Positions 33,106-41,546 are shown, counted from the stretch's first letter. The stretch is 64,000 nucleotides of DNA from Burkholderiaceae bacterium (GCA_043788365.1 JAYVTZ010000013.1:11071-75070), one strand, 5' to 3'. The notes: a model not told the origin generated them from the sequence alone. Translations and numbers: made by a program.

Positions 33106-33343
33106 GCCCGCTTCCAGCGGGCATACATGGTCTTTGGTGGGGCTTGGCTGCTTCCTGATACGGACTCGTCAAACTGACAACTATTGGAGCGGACTCCGCC
33201 ATCAAACTCTATTATGAATCTTTGCTGGCCGACTGAAAGGAGTCGTCTGCTCTTGTTGTCAGGCTTGACTGGAGAACAGTACCCAAGAAGTAGACACCGC
33301 CCCTCGGCTTTTGCGCTATCTTTTGCCGAAACAAAAGTGTCAG
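33106..33343 (-). repeat. structured repeat, copy 1 (candidate ~240-nt ncRNA or mobile-element end)
   Basis: GC hairpin GCCCGC-TTCCA-GCGGGC (33106-33122), nested helices, and a terminal hairpin CTTTTG-CCGAAA-CAAAAG. On the minus strand, TGaATAATT lies just outside the outer end and the GC hairpin is followed by T8. Confidence 0.6.
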
Positions 33344-33387
33344 AAATTATTCATTTTTCTTTGCTAAATTAGTGCTAAAATATGACT

Positions 33388-33651
33388 ATGAACGACTACC
33401 AAATAGATGATCTCAAACAATTTATTCTAGCCACTTCATCACAAACTGAAGCGCGCATAATGCAAAACCTCGGCGGTGAAATTAGCCAATTTAGAACTGA
33501 ATTAAAAGGTGAAATAAACGAATTAAGAACCGAAATGAGGGGCGGGTTTGAAGGTGTAGCCGTGGCTTTTGAAGAAACCCACCGGATTATTGAAGAAAAT
33601 AAAGTCGAAACTGACGTACGCTTAACTAGACTCGAAAGTCACTTTATTTAG
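33388..33651 (+). CDS. hypothetical small coiled-coil protein
   Basis: Heptad-like EISQFRTELKGEINELRTEM. I chose the second ATG (33388) because TGcTAAAAT ends at 33381, 6 nt upstream. Confidence 0.45.
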   Translation: MNDYQIDDLKQFILATSSQTEARIMQNLGGEISQFRTELKGEINELRTEMRGGFEGVAVAFEETHRIIEENKVETDVRLTRLESHFI

Positions 33652-33733
33652 CCCGGGGCTGAAAAGTCTTAATGTAACTTTTGCGTGCGCAGGTGGAAGT
33701 AGCATAAGAGATTTGCTGGTATAATAGAAACAC

Positions 33734-34417
33734 ATGATTCTATTAGACAGGGTAACCAAAACATATAGCCGCGAAACAGGCGCAGCTCTCGAGCGCATCA
33801 GCCTACACGTTGAGCCTAAAGAGTTCGTTATCATTATTGGCTCGAGTGGCGCTGGTAAGTCGACACTCCTAAAACTTTTGACCAGAGAAGAGAAACCGAC
33901 CAGCGGCAAAATCGTTGTTGGTGGTATCGACTACAGTAAGCTAAAAGACAAAGACATCCCATTGCTGCGCCGTAAAATTGGCACGGTATTTCAGGACTTT
34001 AAGTTACTGCCGGGCAAGAACGTGTTTGAAAACGTCGCTTTTGCACTGGAAATTGTCGGCATGAGCAATAAAGAGATTAATCACACTGTACCAAGGGTCC
34101 TTGATATTGTCGGCCTAAAAGGCAAAGAAAAACGGATGCCAATGGAACTGTCTGGTGGTGAGCGTCAACGTGTCGCCATCGCCCGGGCAATCGTTCGGCA
34201 GCCGAAAATTTTGATCGCCGACGAGCCAACTGGCAACCTCGACCCCAAGCACGCTTGGGACGTTATTAAGGTTCTAGAAAAAATTAATCGTTTCGGTACA
34301 ACCGTGATATTGACCACACACAACCAAGAAATCGTTAACAAACTAAAGCGCCGCGTGATTACAATTAGCGATGGCAAAATTGTTAGCGACAGAGCCAACG
34401 CGGAGTACCACGCATGA
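33734..34417 (+). CDS. ftsE: cell-division ABC ATPase FtsE
   Basis: GSSGAGKST, LSGGERQR, ILIADEPTGNLD. Followed by ftsX with an ATGA overlap. Confidence 0.9.
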   Translation: MILLDRVTKTYSRETGAALERISLHVEPKEFVIIIGSSGAGKSTLLKLLTREEKPTSGKIVVGGIDYSKLKDKDIPLLRRKIGTVFQDFKLLPGKNVFENVAFALEIVGMSNKEINHTVPRVLDIVGLKGKEKRMPMELSGGERQRVAIARAIVRQPKILIADEPTGNLDPKHAWDVIKVLEKINRFGTTVILTTHNQEIVNKLKRRVITISDGKIVSDRANAEYHA

Positions 34418-35376
34418 GCAGCGGCGAACGATTCAAGCGCTGGCTGATTACGCTGTGGCGGATATTCCGCACCGGCTGCACCAACTTTGTCCGCAATGCC
34501 TGGCTAAGTATCGCCGCCATGGCGGTAATGTTAATTACGCTGACAATCGTATTATTTTCGGTGATTGCCAACGCTACTTTTACCCATACTATTCAGCAAA
34601 TCACCGACAAAATCGACATCTCGGTCTACTTAAAAGATACCGTCACCAAAGATCAGCGCGACAAACTACTAAGTGATGTTAAGGGACTGGCCAACGTAAA
34701 GTCGGTTAATTACCTCAGCAAAGACGACGCTTTGACAGCCTACAAAGCCCAAAATGCTGGCAACGTCAATCTGTTATTAGCAATTTCTCAGACCGACAAC
34801 CCTCTACCGGCCAGCCTGCAAATTAAGCCTAGAGACGTTAACAAAATCGGCGACATCAAGACCTACCTCGATAAAAAAGATATTAAGGCTATGCAGTCGG
34901 ACGAGACGTCGTATTCCGGCGACCGCAAAGAAGCCGTCGACAAAATTACTCACGCCACCAACTTTATGCGCAAGGCCGGCATCATTGGTGTGCTAGTTTT
35001 TGCATTTATATCAATGCTGATAATCTTTAACACTATTCAAATGGCAATCTTCAACCGCCGTGACGAACTGACAATCATGCGACTACTTGGCGCTAGTACT
35101 TCGTTCATCCGCGGGCCGTTTGTGGTCGAATCGGTACTGTATGGAATTATCTCAGGCATGATATCAATTGTACTGCTTAATGGTTTGTTTGCAGTCTCAT
35201 CGTCGACTCTGCAGGCCAGCAGTTTAGGACTTTTGGATATTAATTATGCCAACGAATATTTTGCTTCTAAGTTCTGGCTGTTTTTGACATTACAGCTGGC
35301 AACCGGTATATTTATAGGTGCCGCATCATCGATAATTGCCACGCGGCGCTACCTCAAATTCAAGACCAGCAAATAA
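34414..35376 (+). CDS. ftsX: cell-division permease-like protein FtsX
   Basis: TM1, a large extracellular loop, and 3 C-terminal TMs with RRDELTIMRLLGAS. Confidence 0.85.
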   Translation: MSSGERFKRWLITLWRIFRTGCTNFVRNAWLSIAAMAVMLITLTIVLFSVIANATFTHTIQQITDKIDISVYLKDTVTKDQRDKLLSDVKGLANVKSVNYLSKDDALTAYKAQNAGNVNLLLAISQTDNPLPASLQIKPRDVNKIGDIKTYLDKKDIKAMQSDETSYSGDRKEAVDKITHATNFMRKAGIIGVLVFAFISMLIIFNTIQMAIFNRRDELTIMRLLGASTSFIRGPFVVESVLYGIISGMISIVLLNGLFAVSSSTLQASSLGLLDINYANEYFASKFWLFLTLQLATGIFIGAASSIIATRRYLKFKTSK

Positions 35377-35459
35377 AACTCTATATTGAAAACAAACGTG
35401 CGTAAAAAGCCTTTATTTAGCAAGGTTTTTTAAACTCCGAAGAAGTAGGTGAGCGTAGC

Positions 35460-36695
35460 ATGAAAAATCATCGAAATACACCGTTAAATAGACAGGCAGT
35501 AGCCTTGCGTAAGTTTGCACAAAGTGCTACATTTATGGTGGTTATGCTAAAACAAAAATTCATAAATAAAATCAGTCATGTTATTAAGAGCACGCCGACG
35601 CTGATTATTACCCTTGTCGTTGCTAGCGGCGCCCTCATTGCACCAAGGGTTCAGGCCGATCAATTCGACGCCAAAATTCAGGCCCTGCAGCAAGCTAATG
35701 CCGCCAAACAACAGGCTAAATCACAACTCGGCGCCGAAGCTTCATCCTTAGCCGATGCCCTAAATAAGCTTCAAGTTCAGATTAACGCACTCCAAGCCCA
35801 AATTGATGCCAACAAAGCCAAGGTTGCCGACCTAGAAAAACAGATTAGTGATGCCGAAATTGAGCTAGCCAAGCAAAAGCTAGTACTCGGCGAAAATATC
35901 AAGGCGATGTACTTAGAAGGCCAGATAACTACATTAGAGATGTTGGCTTCGAGTAATGATTTAAGCGAGTTTGTCGACAAGCAACAATATCGAAATACCG
36001 TCCAGAACAAGATTAAAAGCATGGTTGATGCGATTACGGCCCTAAAACTACAGCTAAAAGAACAAAAAATATCTGTCGAACAAACATTGAGCGACCAAAC
36101 CATTTTGCAAGGCCAACTTGACGGTCAACGCGCCGAGCAACAAAGAATTCTATCACTCAACCAGTCTCAGCAAGATGCTCTTAATCAGCAAATCAGACAA
36201 AACAGCCAAGCTGTCGCGGCCTTAAGAGCCGAACAAGCGGCGGCCAATGCCAGGTTATTCAACGGTGCTAACGTCGTTCTTGGCACGGCCCGCGACACCG
36301 CTCACGGTGACACTTATCCGAGCCCTTGGTGTTCGTCAACCCAAGACAGCATGCTCGATAGCTGGGGTATGTTTAACCGCGAGTGTGTCAGCTACACGGC
36401 TTGGCGGGTGTCCGAGAGTGGTCGTTATATGCCACCATGGGGCTGGCAGGGACTTGGCAACGCTAACCAGTGGAACGATGACGCCATCGCCTCCGGTATC
36501 CCAGTCGACACGCATCCTCGGGCCGGCGATGTCGCTATCAAAAACAGCCTACCATTTGGCCACGCCATGTACGTCGAGAGCGTCAATGCTGACGGCACGA
36601 TTAACATCAGTCAATACAACGCCAGTCTTGATGGCCGCTTCTCGCTAGCCTACAACGTTCAGGCCGGTGGCTTACTATTCATCCATTTTCGATAG
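35460..36695 (+). CDS. secreted coiled-coil plus CHAP-domain peptidoglycan hydrolase (PcsB/CwlO-like FtsEX partner)
   Basis: Signal peptide, about 200 aa of Q/A/L-rich coiled coil, and a C-terminal CHAP domain (NRECVSYTAWRV Cys; GHAMYVESV His). Confidence 0.75.
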   Translation: MKNHRNTPLNRQAVALRKFAQSATFMVVMLKQKFINKISHVIKSTPTLIITLVVASGALIAPRVQADQFDAKIQALQQANAAKQQAKSQLGAEASSLADALNKLQVQINALQAQIDANKAKVADLEKQISDAEIELAKQKLVLGENIKAMYLEGQITTLEMLASSNDLSEFVDKQQYRNTVQNKIKSMVDAITALKLQLKEQKISVEQTLSDQTILQGQLDGQRAEQQRILSLNQSQQDALNQQIRQNSQAVAALRAEQAAANARLFNGANVVLGTARDTAHGDTYPSPWCSSTQDSMLDSWGMFNRECVSYTAWRVSESGRYMPPWGWQGLGNANQWNDDAIASGIPVDTHPRAGDVAIKNSLPFGHAMYVESVNADGTINISQYNASLDGRFSLAYNVQAGGLLFIHFR

Positions 36696-36800
36696 ACTCG
36701 GATATTCGCCTTAGCAAGTTTTCAATTTAGTAGCGTAGCCATAAGCATGTATGCGATAATGCTTGGGAGTCAAAATAAATAGAGATTTTTTGGAGGCTAT

Positions 36801-38048
36801 ATCAAGACACTGCCACTTCCACCACAAGATGGTGCCCAACCGAAGCGACGTAAAAGATGGTTTAGATTTGTTGAAACGGCCAAGTTACTAGTTTTTGGCA
36901 TAGTAGTTTTTTGGTTTGGGCTAACCGTCGGACAGGGAAAGATTGTCTTTGGCCGCGACGCAATCCTACATAAGCCAGTCGCTAAAGGCCTGCCCAATAA
37001 TCTCGACTACACGGCTGTCGAGCAGGTCTATGACAGCCTGAAAGATAACTACGACGGTCAATTAGACAGTGCCAAGCTACTTGATGGTCTCAAAGAGGGC
37101 CTAGCTAAATCAACTGGCGACCCATACACTCAGTACTTTAATCCAAAAGCCGCCAAAGACTTTAAAGAGCAATTAACAGGCACATTCACTGGTATCGGTG
37201 CCGAACTGAGCAAGGACACGACCAATAATGTCATTGTTGTCGTCTCGCCGATTGCTGGTTTCCCAGCCGATAAAGCAGGACTAAGGCCAAAAGATGTTAT
37301 TGCCCAAATCGACGGTAAGTCGGCGGTTGATTTGTCGATTAATGACGCAGTCAGTAAGATCCGCGGCGCTAAAGGCACTACCGTCAAACTCACGATTATT
37401 CGAGACGGTAAGCAACAAATTGAAATGAGCATTGTTCGAGATGAAATAACGATTCCAAGCGTGACCTCAAAAGTTTTGGACGGCAACATTGGCTACATCA
37501 AGATAGTTAGATTCGCCGAAGACACGGCACTATTATCTAGCCAGGCGGCAGATAAGTTGAAATCACAAAATGTAAAAGGCATTGTACTCGATTTGCGGTC
37601 TGACCCAGGCGGTCTACTCGATGCTGCGGTATCGGTCTCAAGCTTGTGGCTAGACAATCAAACCGTTTTGACAGAACGCCGCGGTGGAGTCATCATCCGC
37701 ACCTATGCCTCCAAGGGCATCCCGACTCTAAAAGGCATACCAACGATTGTGCTAATTGATGCTGGTAGCGCCTCGGCTAGTGAAATCACTGCCGGAGCCT
37801 TGCACGACAATAAGGTCGCAACTCTAGTCGGCGTTAAGAGTTTTGGTAAGGGCAGTGTCCAGCAAATCGTTAACTTTAACGACGATAGCTTCTTAAAGGT
37901 TACGATTGCCCGTTGGTACACGCCAGATGGCAAGAATATCGATAAGGAGGGCATTAGCCCTGATACCGAGATTAAGCGGACTGATGATGACTACAAAACT
38001 GGTAACGATCCTCAGCTCGACTTTGCTACCGCACAACTCAAGAAATAG
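36801..38048 (+). CDS. ctpA: C-terminal processing (S41) peptidase; start codon non-canonical or uncertain
   Basis: The frame is open from 36783. It encodes a TM segment, TGDPYTQYFNP, FTGIGAEL, a PDZ domain (AGLRPKDVIAQIDG), GSASASEI (Ser) and SFGKGSVQ (Lys). The track shows only 37332..38048 because no ATG, GTG or TTG occurs in frame upstream. GGAGG (36792-36796) precedes ATC at 36801. Confidence 0.8.
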   Translation: MKTLPLPPQDGAQPKRRKRWFRFVETAKLLVFGIVVFWFGLTVGQGKIVFGRDAILHKPVAKGLPNNLDYTAVEQVYDSLKDNYDGQLDSAKLLDGLKEGLAKSTGDPYTQYFNPKAAKDFKEQLTGTFTGIGAELSKDTTNNVIVVVSPIAGFPADKAGLRPKDVIAQIDGKSAVDLSINDAVSKIRGAKGTTVKLTIIRDGKQQIEMSIVRDEITIPSVTSKVLDGNIGYIKIVRFAEDTALLSSQAADKLKSQNVKGIVLDLRSDPGGLLDAAVSVSSLWLDNQTVLTERRGGVIIRTYASKGIPTLKGIPTIVLIDAGSASASEITAGALHDNKVATLVGVKSFGKGSVQQIVNFNDDSFLKVTIARWYTPDGKNIDKEGISPDTEIKRTDDDYKTGNDPQLDFATAQLKK

Positions 38049-38079
38049 TTTTCTTTAGTCCGCTAAAGCGGACTTTAAT

Positions 38080-38294
38080 TTGCCACTTTTGTCTCGGCAA
38101 AAGATGGCGCAAAACCGAGGGGCGGTGTCGACAACTCGATATAGCTTCCAAACAAAAAGACAACACACCCTCCGGAACTCATCCTAACGGATTTCAAACA
38201 GTCCTCGGGAATTAGTTTGTTGTCTTTTTGATTGAATCTATTTCGGGTCGCCGTCAAGCCCCCATAAGACCATGGATGCCCGCTGGAGGCGGGC
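38080..38294 (+). repeat. structured repeat, copy 2 (same ends, different core)
   Basis: TTGCCACTTTTGTCTCGGCAAAAG...GGGGCGGTGTC...CAAAAAGACAACA/TGTTGTCTTTTTG...CAAGCCCCC...GCCCGC-TGGAG-GCGGGC. Confidence 0.6.
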
Positions 38295-38375
38295 GATTAC
38301 ATAACAGCTAAAACTACCAATTCACATAATCCCCATCTGTTTGGGGACGAACCCCAACCCACATAATAAATATGA

Positions 38376-38597
38376 TTAATGATTGGCTGCGGACTTGTAT
38401 AACACTCTGATCACGTACCTAACGCCTTTGTATAGTTGTAAGTAGAAAAGTACGGGTAGCGAATACGTTAGTAGGCCTAAGATAAGAGAGAACCGATTAT
38501 GTCTGTCTGGTAATATATTCCGCTCATCAAGCATGCGATACGACTCTTTAAAGCTCTCATAAGTCTTAGCTGGTAATTCTTTATAATTAATCGACAT
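38376..38597 (-). CDS. hypothetical 73-aa single-TM protein (cassette cargo)
   Basis: Hydrophobic stretch FSLILGLLTYSLPVLFYLQL. On the minus strand, TGgTATCAT ends 6 nt before the ATG. Confidence 0.45.
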   Translation of the reverse strand: MSINYKELPAKTYESFKESYRMLDERNILPDRHNRFSLILGLLTYSLPVLFYLQLYKGVRYVIRVLYKSAANH

Positions 38598-38710
38598 AAG
38601 TGTATGATACCATCTAAATAATAAAACTAGCCCATGACTCCTGGTCTGCTATCCCACCCTACGCACTTGTTGCCAGGGGATATTCACCTATATTTTTAAT
38701 TTATAAAATT

Positions 38711-38968
38711 GCCCGCCTCCAGCGGGCATCCTTGGTATTAGAGGGGGCTTGGCTGCTTCCTGATACATGTCTCGTCAAACTGACAACTTCTGCAGTGGAC
38801 TCAGCCATCAAACTCTATTTTGAAACTTTGATGGCCGACTGTAAGGAGTCGTCCACTGCGTTGTCAGGCTTGACAGGAGACTGTATCAAGAAGCAGACAC
38901 CGCCCCGAGTTTTTGCGCCATCTTTTGGCGGTCCAAAAGTGGCAAAGAGTAGTCTGCTTTAGCGGACT
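38711..38968 (-). repeat. structured repeat, copy 3
   Basis: By eye, roughly four-fifths identical to copy 1, with compensatory changes in helices. GC hairpin at 38711-38727. Confidence 0.6.
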
Positions 38969-39109
38969 AAAATAGACCTATCTTAAATTATAATTGAGGT
39001 TTATATCAGAGAACCAGTTTGCAGAGTTGCATATTTTACACTTGCCATAAGCGTTGCATCTAGGGTAGTATCTATAATGTAAAGTTCAAAACGAGGGGTT
39101 GTATAAGAG

Positions 39110-40714
39110 GTGGCAAAGCCTACTAAGTATATTTTTGTAACTGGTGGGGTGCTTTCCGGATTAGGAAAGGGTATTACCGCCGCTTCAATTGGCAATCTCT
39201 TAAAGGCCCGCGGCCTAAAAGTAAACATTCAAAAGTGTGACCCGTATCTTAACGTCGATGCGGGTCTTTTAAATCCTAGAGAGCACGGTGAGTGTTTTGT
39301 GACTAAAGACGGCGCCGAAACTGACCTCGATCTTGGGCATTATGAGAGATTTTTAGACCAAGAATTAACATCGTCCAGCAGCCTAATGAGTGGACGTGTT
39401 TTATTACAAGTTATTCAAGACGAACGGGCCGGTAAATACGACGGCGAAGACGTACAAATTATTCCACATTTAACTGCTGCAATTCAGAAATATATTGTTA
39501 AGGCTGGCGAAGGCTTTGACGTCCATATAGTGGAAATCGGTGGTACTGTCGGAGACTACGAATCACTCAGCTTTATCGAAGCAATCCGCGAAATGAGTCT
39601 GAAAGTGGGTCAGGAAAATTGTTTGTACGTCCATGTGGTTTATTTGCCATTCCTCGGCGCTAGTCAAGAGACTAAAACTAAGCCAGCCCAGAACTCTGTT
39701 CGTGAACTACGTGGCCTTGGCATTGCACCTGATATTTTGGTAGGACGTAGCGAAAAGAAGGCTAATAACGGTGTTAAAAATAAGTTAAGTCTGTTTTGTG
39801 GTGTGCCAGAAGAAGCGATCGCATTGTTACCAAACGCGTCGTCGATTTATGAAGTCCCTTTGACGCTAGAAGATACCGGCATTGCCGACGTGATTTGTAA
39901 GAAGTTAAGGTTACGCCATAAGAAACCAGACCTAAAAACTTGGCGCTCGGTCGTCAAGAAGGCGACTACCTCGCACAAGAATAAGGTCACGGTTGGAGTA
40001 GTTGCTAAGTATATGGATAACACCGATACCTACATGTCGGTTTTTGAAGCGCTGCGCTCAGCCGCACTATGGAATGATGTCGAACTCAAAATAAAATGGA
40101 TCGACGCCGAAAAACTTAAAAAAGAAAAAGATGTCGAAAAAGCCCTGACAAATATTGATGGTATTGTTGTGCCCGGTGGCTTTGGTACCCGTGGTCTAGA
40201 GGGTAAAATCTTGGCCGCCCAATACTCACTAAATAAGAAATTGCCATATCTTGGTCTGTGCTTGGGCCTACAAATGGGAGTAATCGCTGCCGCTCGTAAT
40301 GCTGGTATCAAGGACGCTACTTCCGAAGAGATGAATCCTGGCGGCAAAGACATGGTCATAAACACCATGGTTGATCAAAAGGGCAAAGAAAACACTGGTG
40401 GCACTATGCGTCTTGGTAATTATCCATGCGTGATTGAAAAGGGTAGCTTGGCGGCTAAAGTTTATAAATCAACAAATATTGTCGAACGCCATCGCCATCG
40501 CTACGAGTGCAATAACGACTATCGTGACCAATACGAGTCTTGGGGCATCCGCCCAGTCGGCAAGTCACCAGATGGCCACCTAGTAGAGATAATTGAAGGT
40601 ATCGACCACCCATTCTTCTTAGCTAGTCAATTCCACCCAGAGTTTTTGTCACGACCGAACCGTCAGCACCCGATGTTTGATGGCTTCATCCAGGCCAGCA
40701 AGCACAAGTCGTGA
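39110..40714 (+). CDS. pyrG: CTP synthase
   Basis: KYIFVTGGVLSGLGKG, and a GATase domain with GLCLGLQ and HRHRYE. Confidence 0.95.
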   Translation: MAKPTKYIFVTGGVLSGLGKGITAASIGNLLKARGLKVNIQKCDPYLNVDAGLLNPREHGECFVTKDGAETDLDLGHYERFLDQELTSSSSLMSGRVLLQVIQDERAGKYDGEDVQIIPHLTAAIQKYIVKAGEGFDVHIVEIGGTVGDYESLSFIEAIREMSLKVGQENCLYVHVVYLPFLGASQETKTKPAQNSVRELRGLGIAPDILVGRSEKKANNGVKNKLSLFCGVPEEAIALLPNASSIYEVPLTLEDTGIADVICKKLRLRHKKPDLKTWRSVVKKATTSHKNKVTVGVVAKYMDNTDTYMSVFEALRSAALWNDVELKIKWIDAEKLKKEKDVEKALTNIDGIVVPGGFGTRGLEGKILAAQYSLNKKLPYLGLCLGLQMGVIAAARNAGIKDATSEEMNPGGKDMVINTMVDQKGKENTGGTMRLGNYPCVIEKGSLAAKVYKSTNIVERHRHRYECNNDYRDQYESWGIRPVGKSPDGHLVEIIEGIDHPFFLASQFHPEFLSRPNRQHPMFDGFIQASKHKS

Positions 40715-40751
40715 CGTTGATAATTAAATTATAGTAGGGTAGTATTTAGAT

Positions 40752-41162
40752 ATGGACGAACAAACCCCCGCTGCAGCGCCAGCACAACCAAATAACAAGA
40801 AAATATTATTAGTCGAGGATGACGAAGCTCTAGCAACAGTCTATATGGCTCGACTCGAGGCCGAAGGCTTTACCCTTAAGCGTGTGCCAAATGGTGAAGA
40901 TGCTCTAGCTGCTGCACTGGCTTTCCATCCTGATTTAATTTTGCTCGATGTCATGATGCCAAGAATCAACGGCTTTGACGTACTAGATATTTTACGTAAC
41001 ACTCCAGAAACCGCCAATGTCCGCATTATTATGCTGACTGCTCTAAGTCAAGATGCCGACGTTCAACGTGCTCGCTCGCTTGGTGTCGATGATTATCTTG
41101 TTAAGTCTCAAGTTGTTATCGCCGACGTCGTTACTCGTATCAAGCAACACCTTGGGCTCTAA
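40752..41162 (+). CDS. stand-alone response-regulator receiver domain (canonical Asp)
   Basis: LLVEDDE, LILLDVMMP (Asp), MLTA, LVKS. Confidence 0.8.
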   Translation: MDEQTPAAAPAQPNNKKILLVEDDEALATVYMARLEAEGFTLKRVPNGEDALAAALAFHPDLILLDVMMPRINGFDVLDILRNTPETANVRIIMLTALSQDADVQRARSLGVDDYLVKSQVVIADVVTRIKQHLGL

Positions 41163-41243
41163 GATAAAGACCCCCTACATTGACATTACTTAGTTCTTAT
41201 GCTAATATATATTTAGTTTAATCTAAAACAAAAAGGATAAGCA

Positions 41244-41546
41244 ATGGAACGAATATTAAATCAAGGAAAACAAGAAATGGTTGGCGGCATGGCACCCGAA
41301 GCTGCACTACAACCGATTATGGATAGCGTACCAGGCGTCGAAAGAGTACCGGATATCGCAGCGTTACCAGACACTATTGAGCCAGCATTAGGTGAAAGGG
41401 GTAACCCGGTCGTAGTTGAAAACAGTGGTTTTATGGGAGACCCATCGCGAGTTATTGGTCATCCTTCAAATCCAAATAGCGCCATGACGCAGGCTATAGC
41501 CGAGTCATTGACATCCGTTCAAACTCCGCCCTCAGCTGGACAATAA
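41244..41546 (+). CDS. hypothetical 100-aa protein
   Basis: ORF with AAAGGA upstream. No recognised motif. Confidence 0.4.
   Translation: MERILNQGKQEMVGGMAPEAALQPIMDSVPGVERVPDIAALPDTIEPALGERGNPVVVENSGFMGDPSRVIGHPSNPNSAMTQAIAESLTSVQTPPSAGQ

Larger units (their letters stand above)
29128..33343. mobile_element. putative horizontally acquired cassette: RM operon plus HAD pseudogene bracketed by inverted copies of a structured repeat
   Basis: The interior is visibly AT-rich relative to the flanks. A 63-bp mini copy lies at the left end and a full inverted copy at the right end. No transposase or integrase lies inside. Confidence 0.5.
38058..38968. mobile_element. 0.9-kb foldback cassette: inverted structured repeats around a 73-aa ORF
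   Basis: Copy 2 (38080-38294) and copy 3 (38711-38946) are inverted with their outer hairpin ends facing outwards. The small outer hairpins 38058-38073 and 38952-38967 are also inverted copies. Confidence 0.5.

Noticed and set aside
33184-33372. Track ORFs inside the structured repeats (33184..33372, 38075..38257, 38732..38962) sharing a ...APSFAETKV-like C-terminus
   Set aside because: The similarity is at the nucleotide level. It comes with compensatory base changes in helices and a swapped core in copy 2. The ORFs have no SD or promoter logic and occupy different extents in each copy. I treat them as artefacts of a structured repeat.
36797-37489. Minus-strand ORFs 36797..36997 and 37130..37489
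   Set aside because: Both lie antisense to sequence that encodes well-conserved S41 protease motifs on the plus strand. They appear prominent only because the ctpA 5' half is missing from the ORF track, as it lacks a canonical start.
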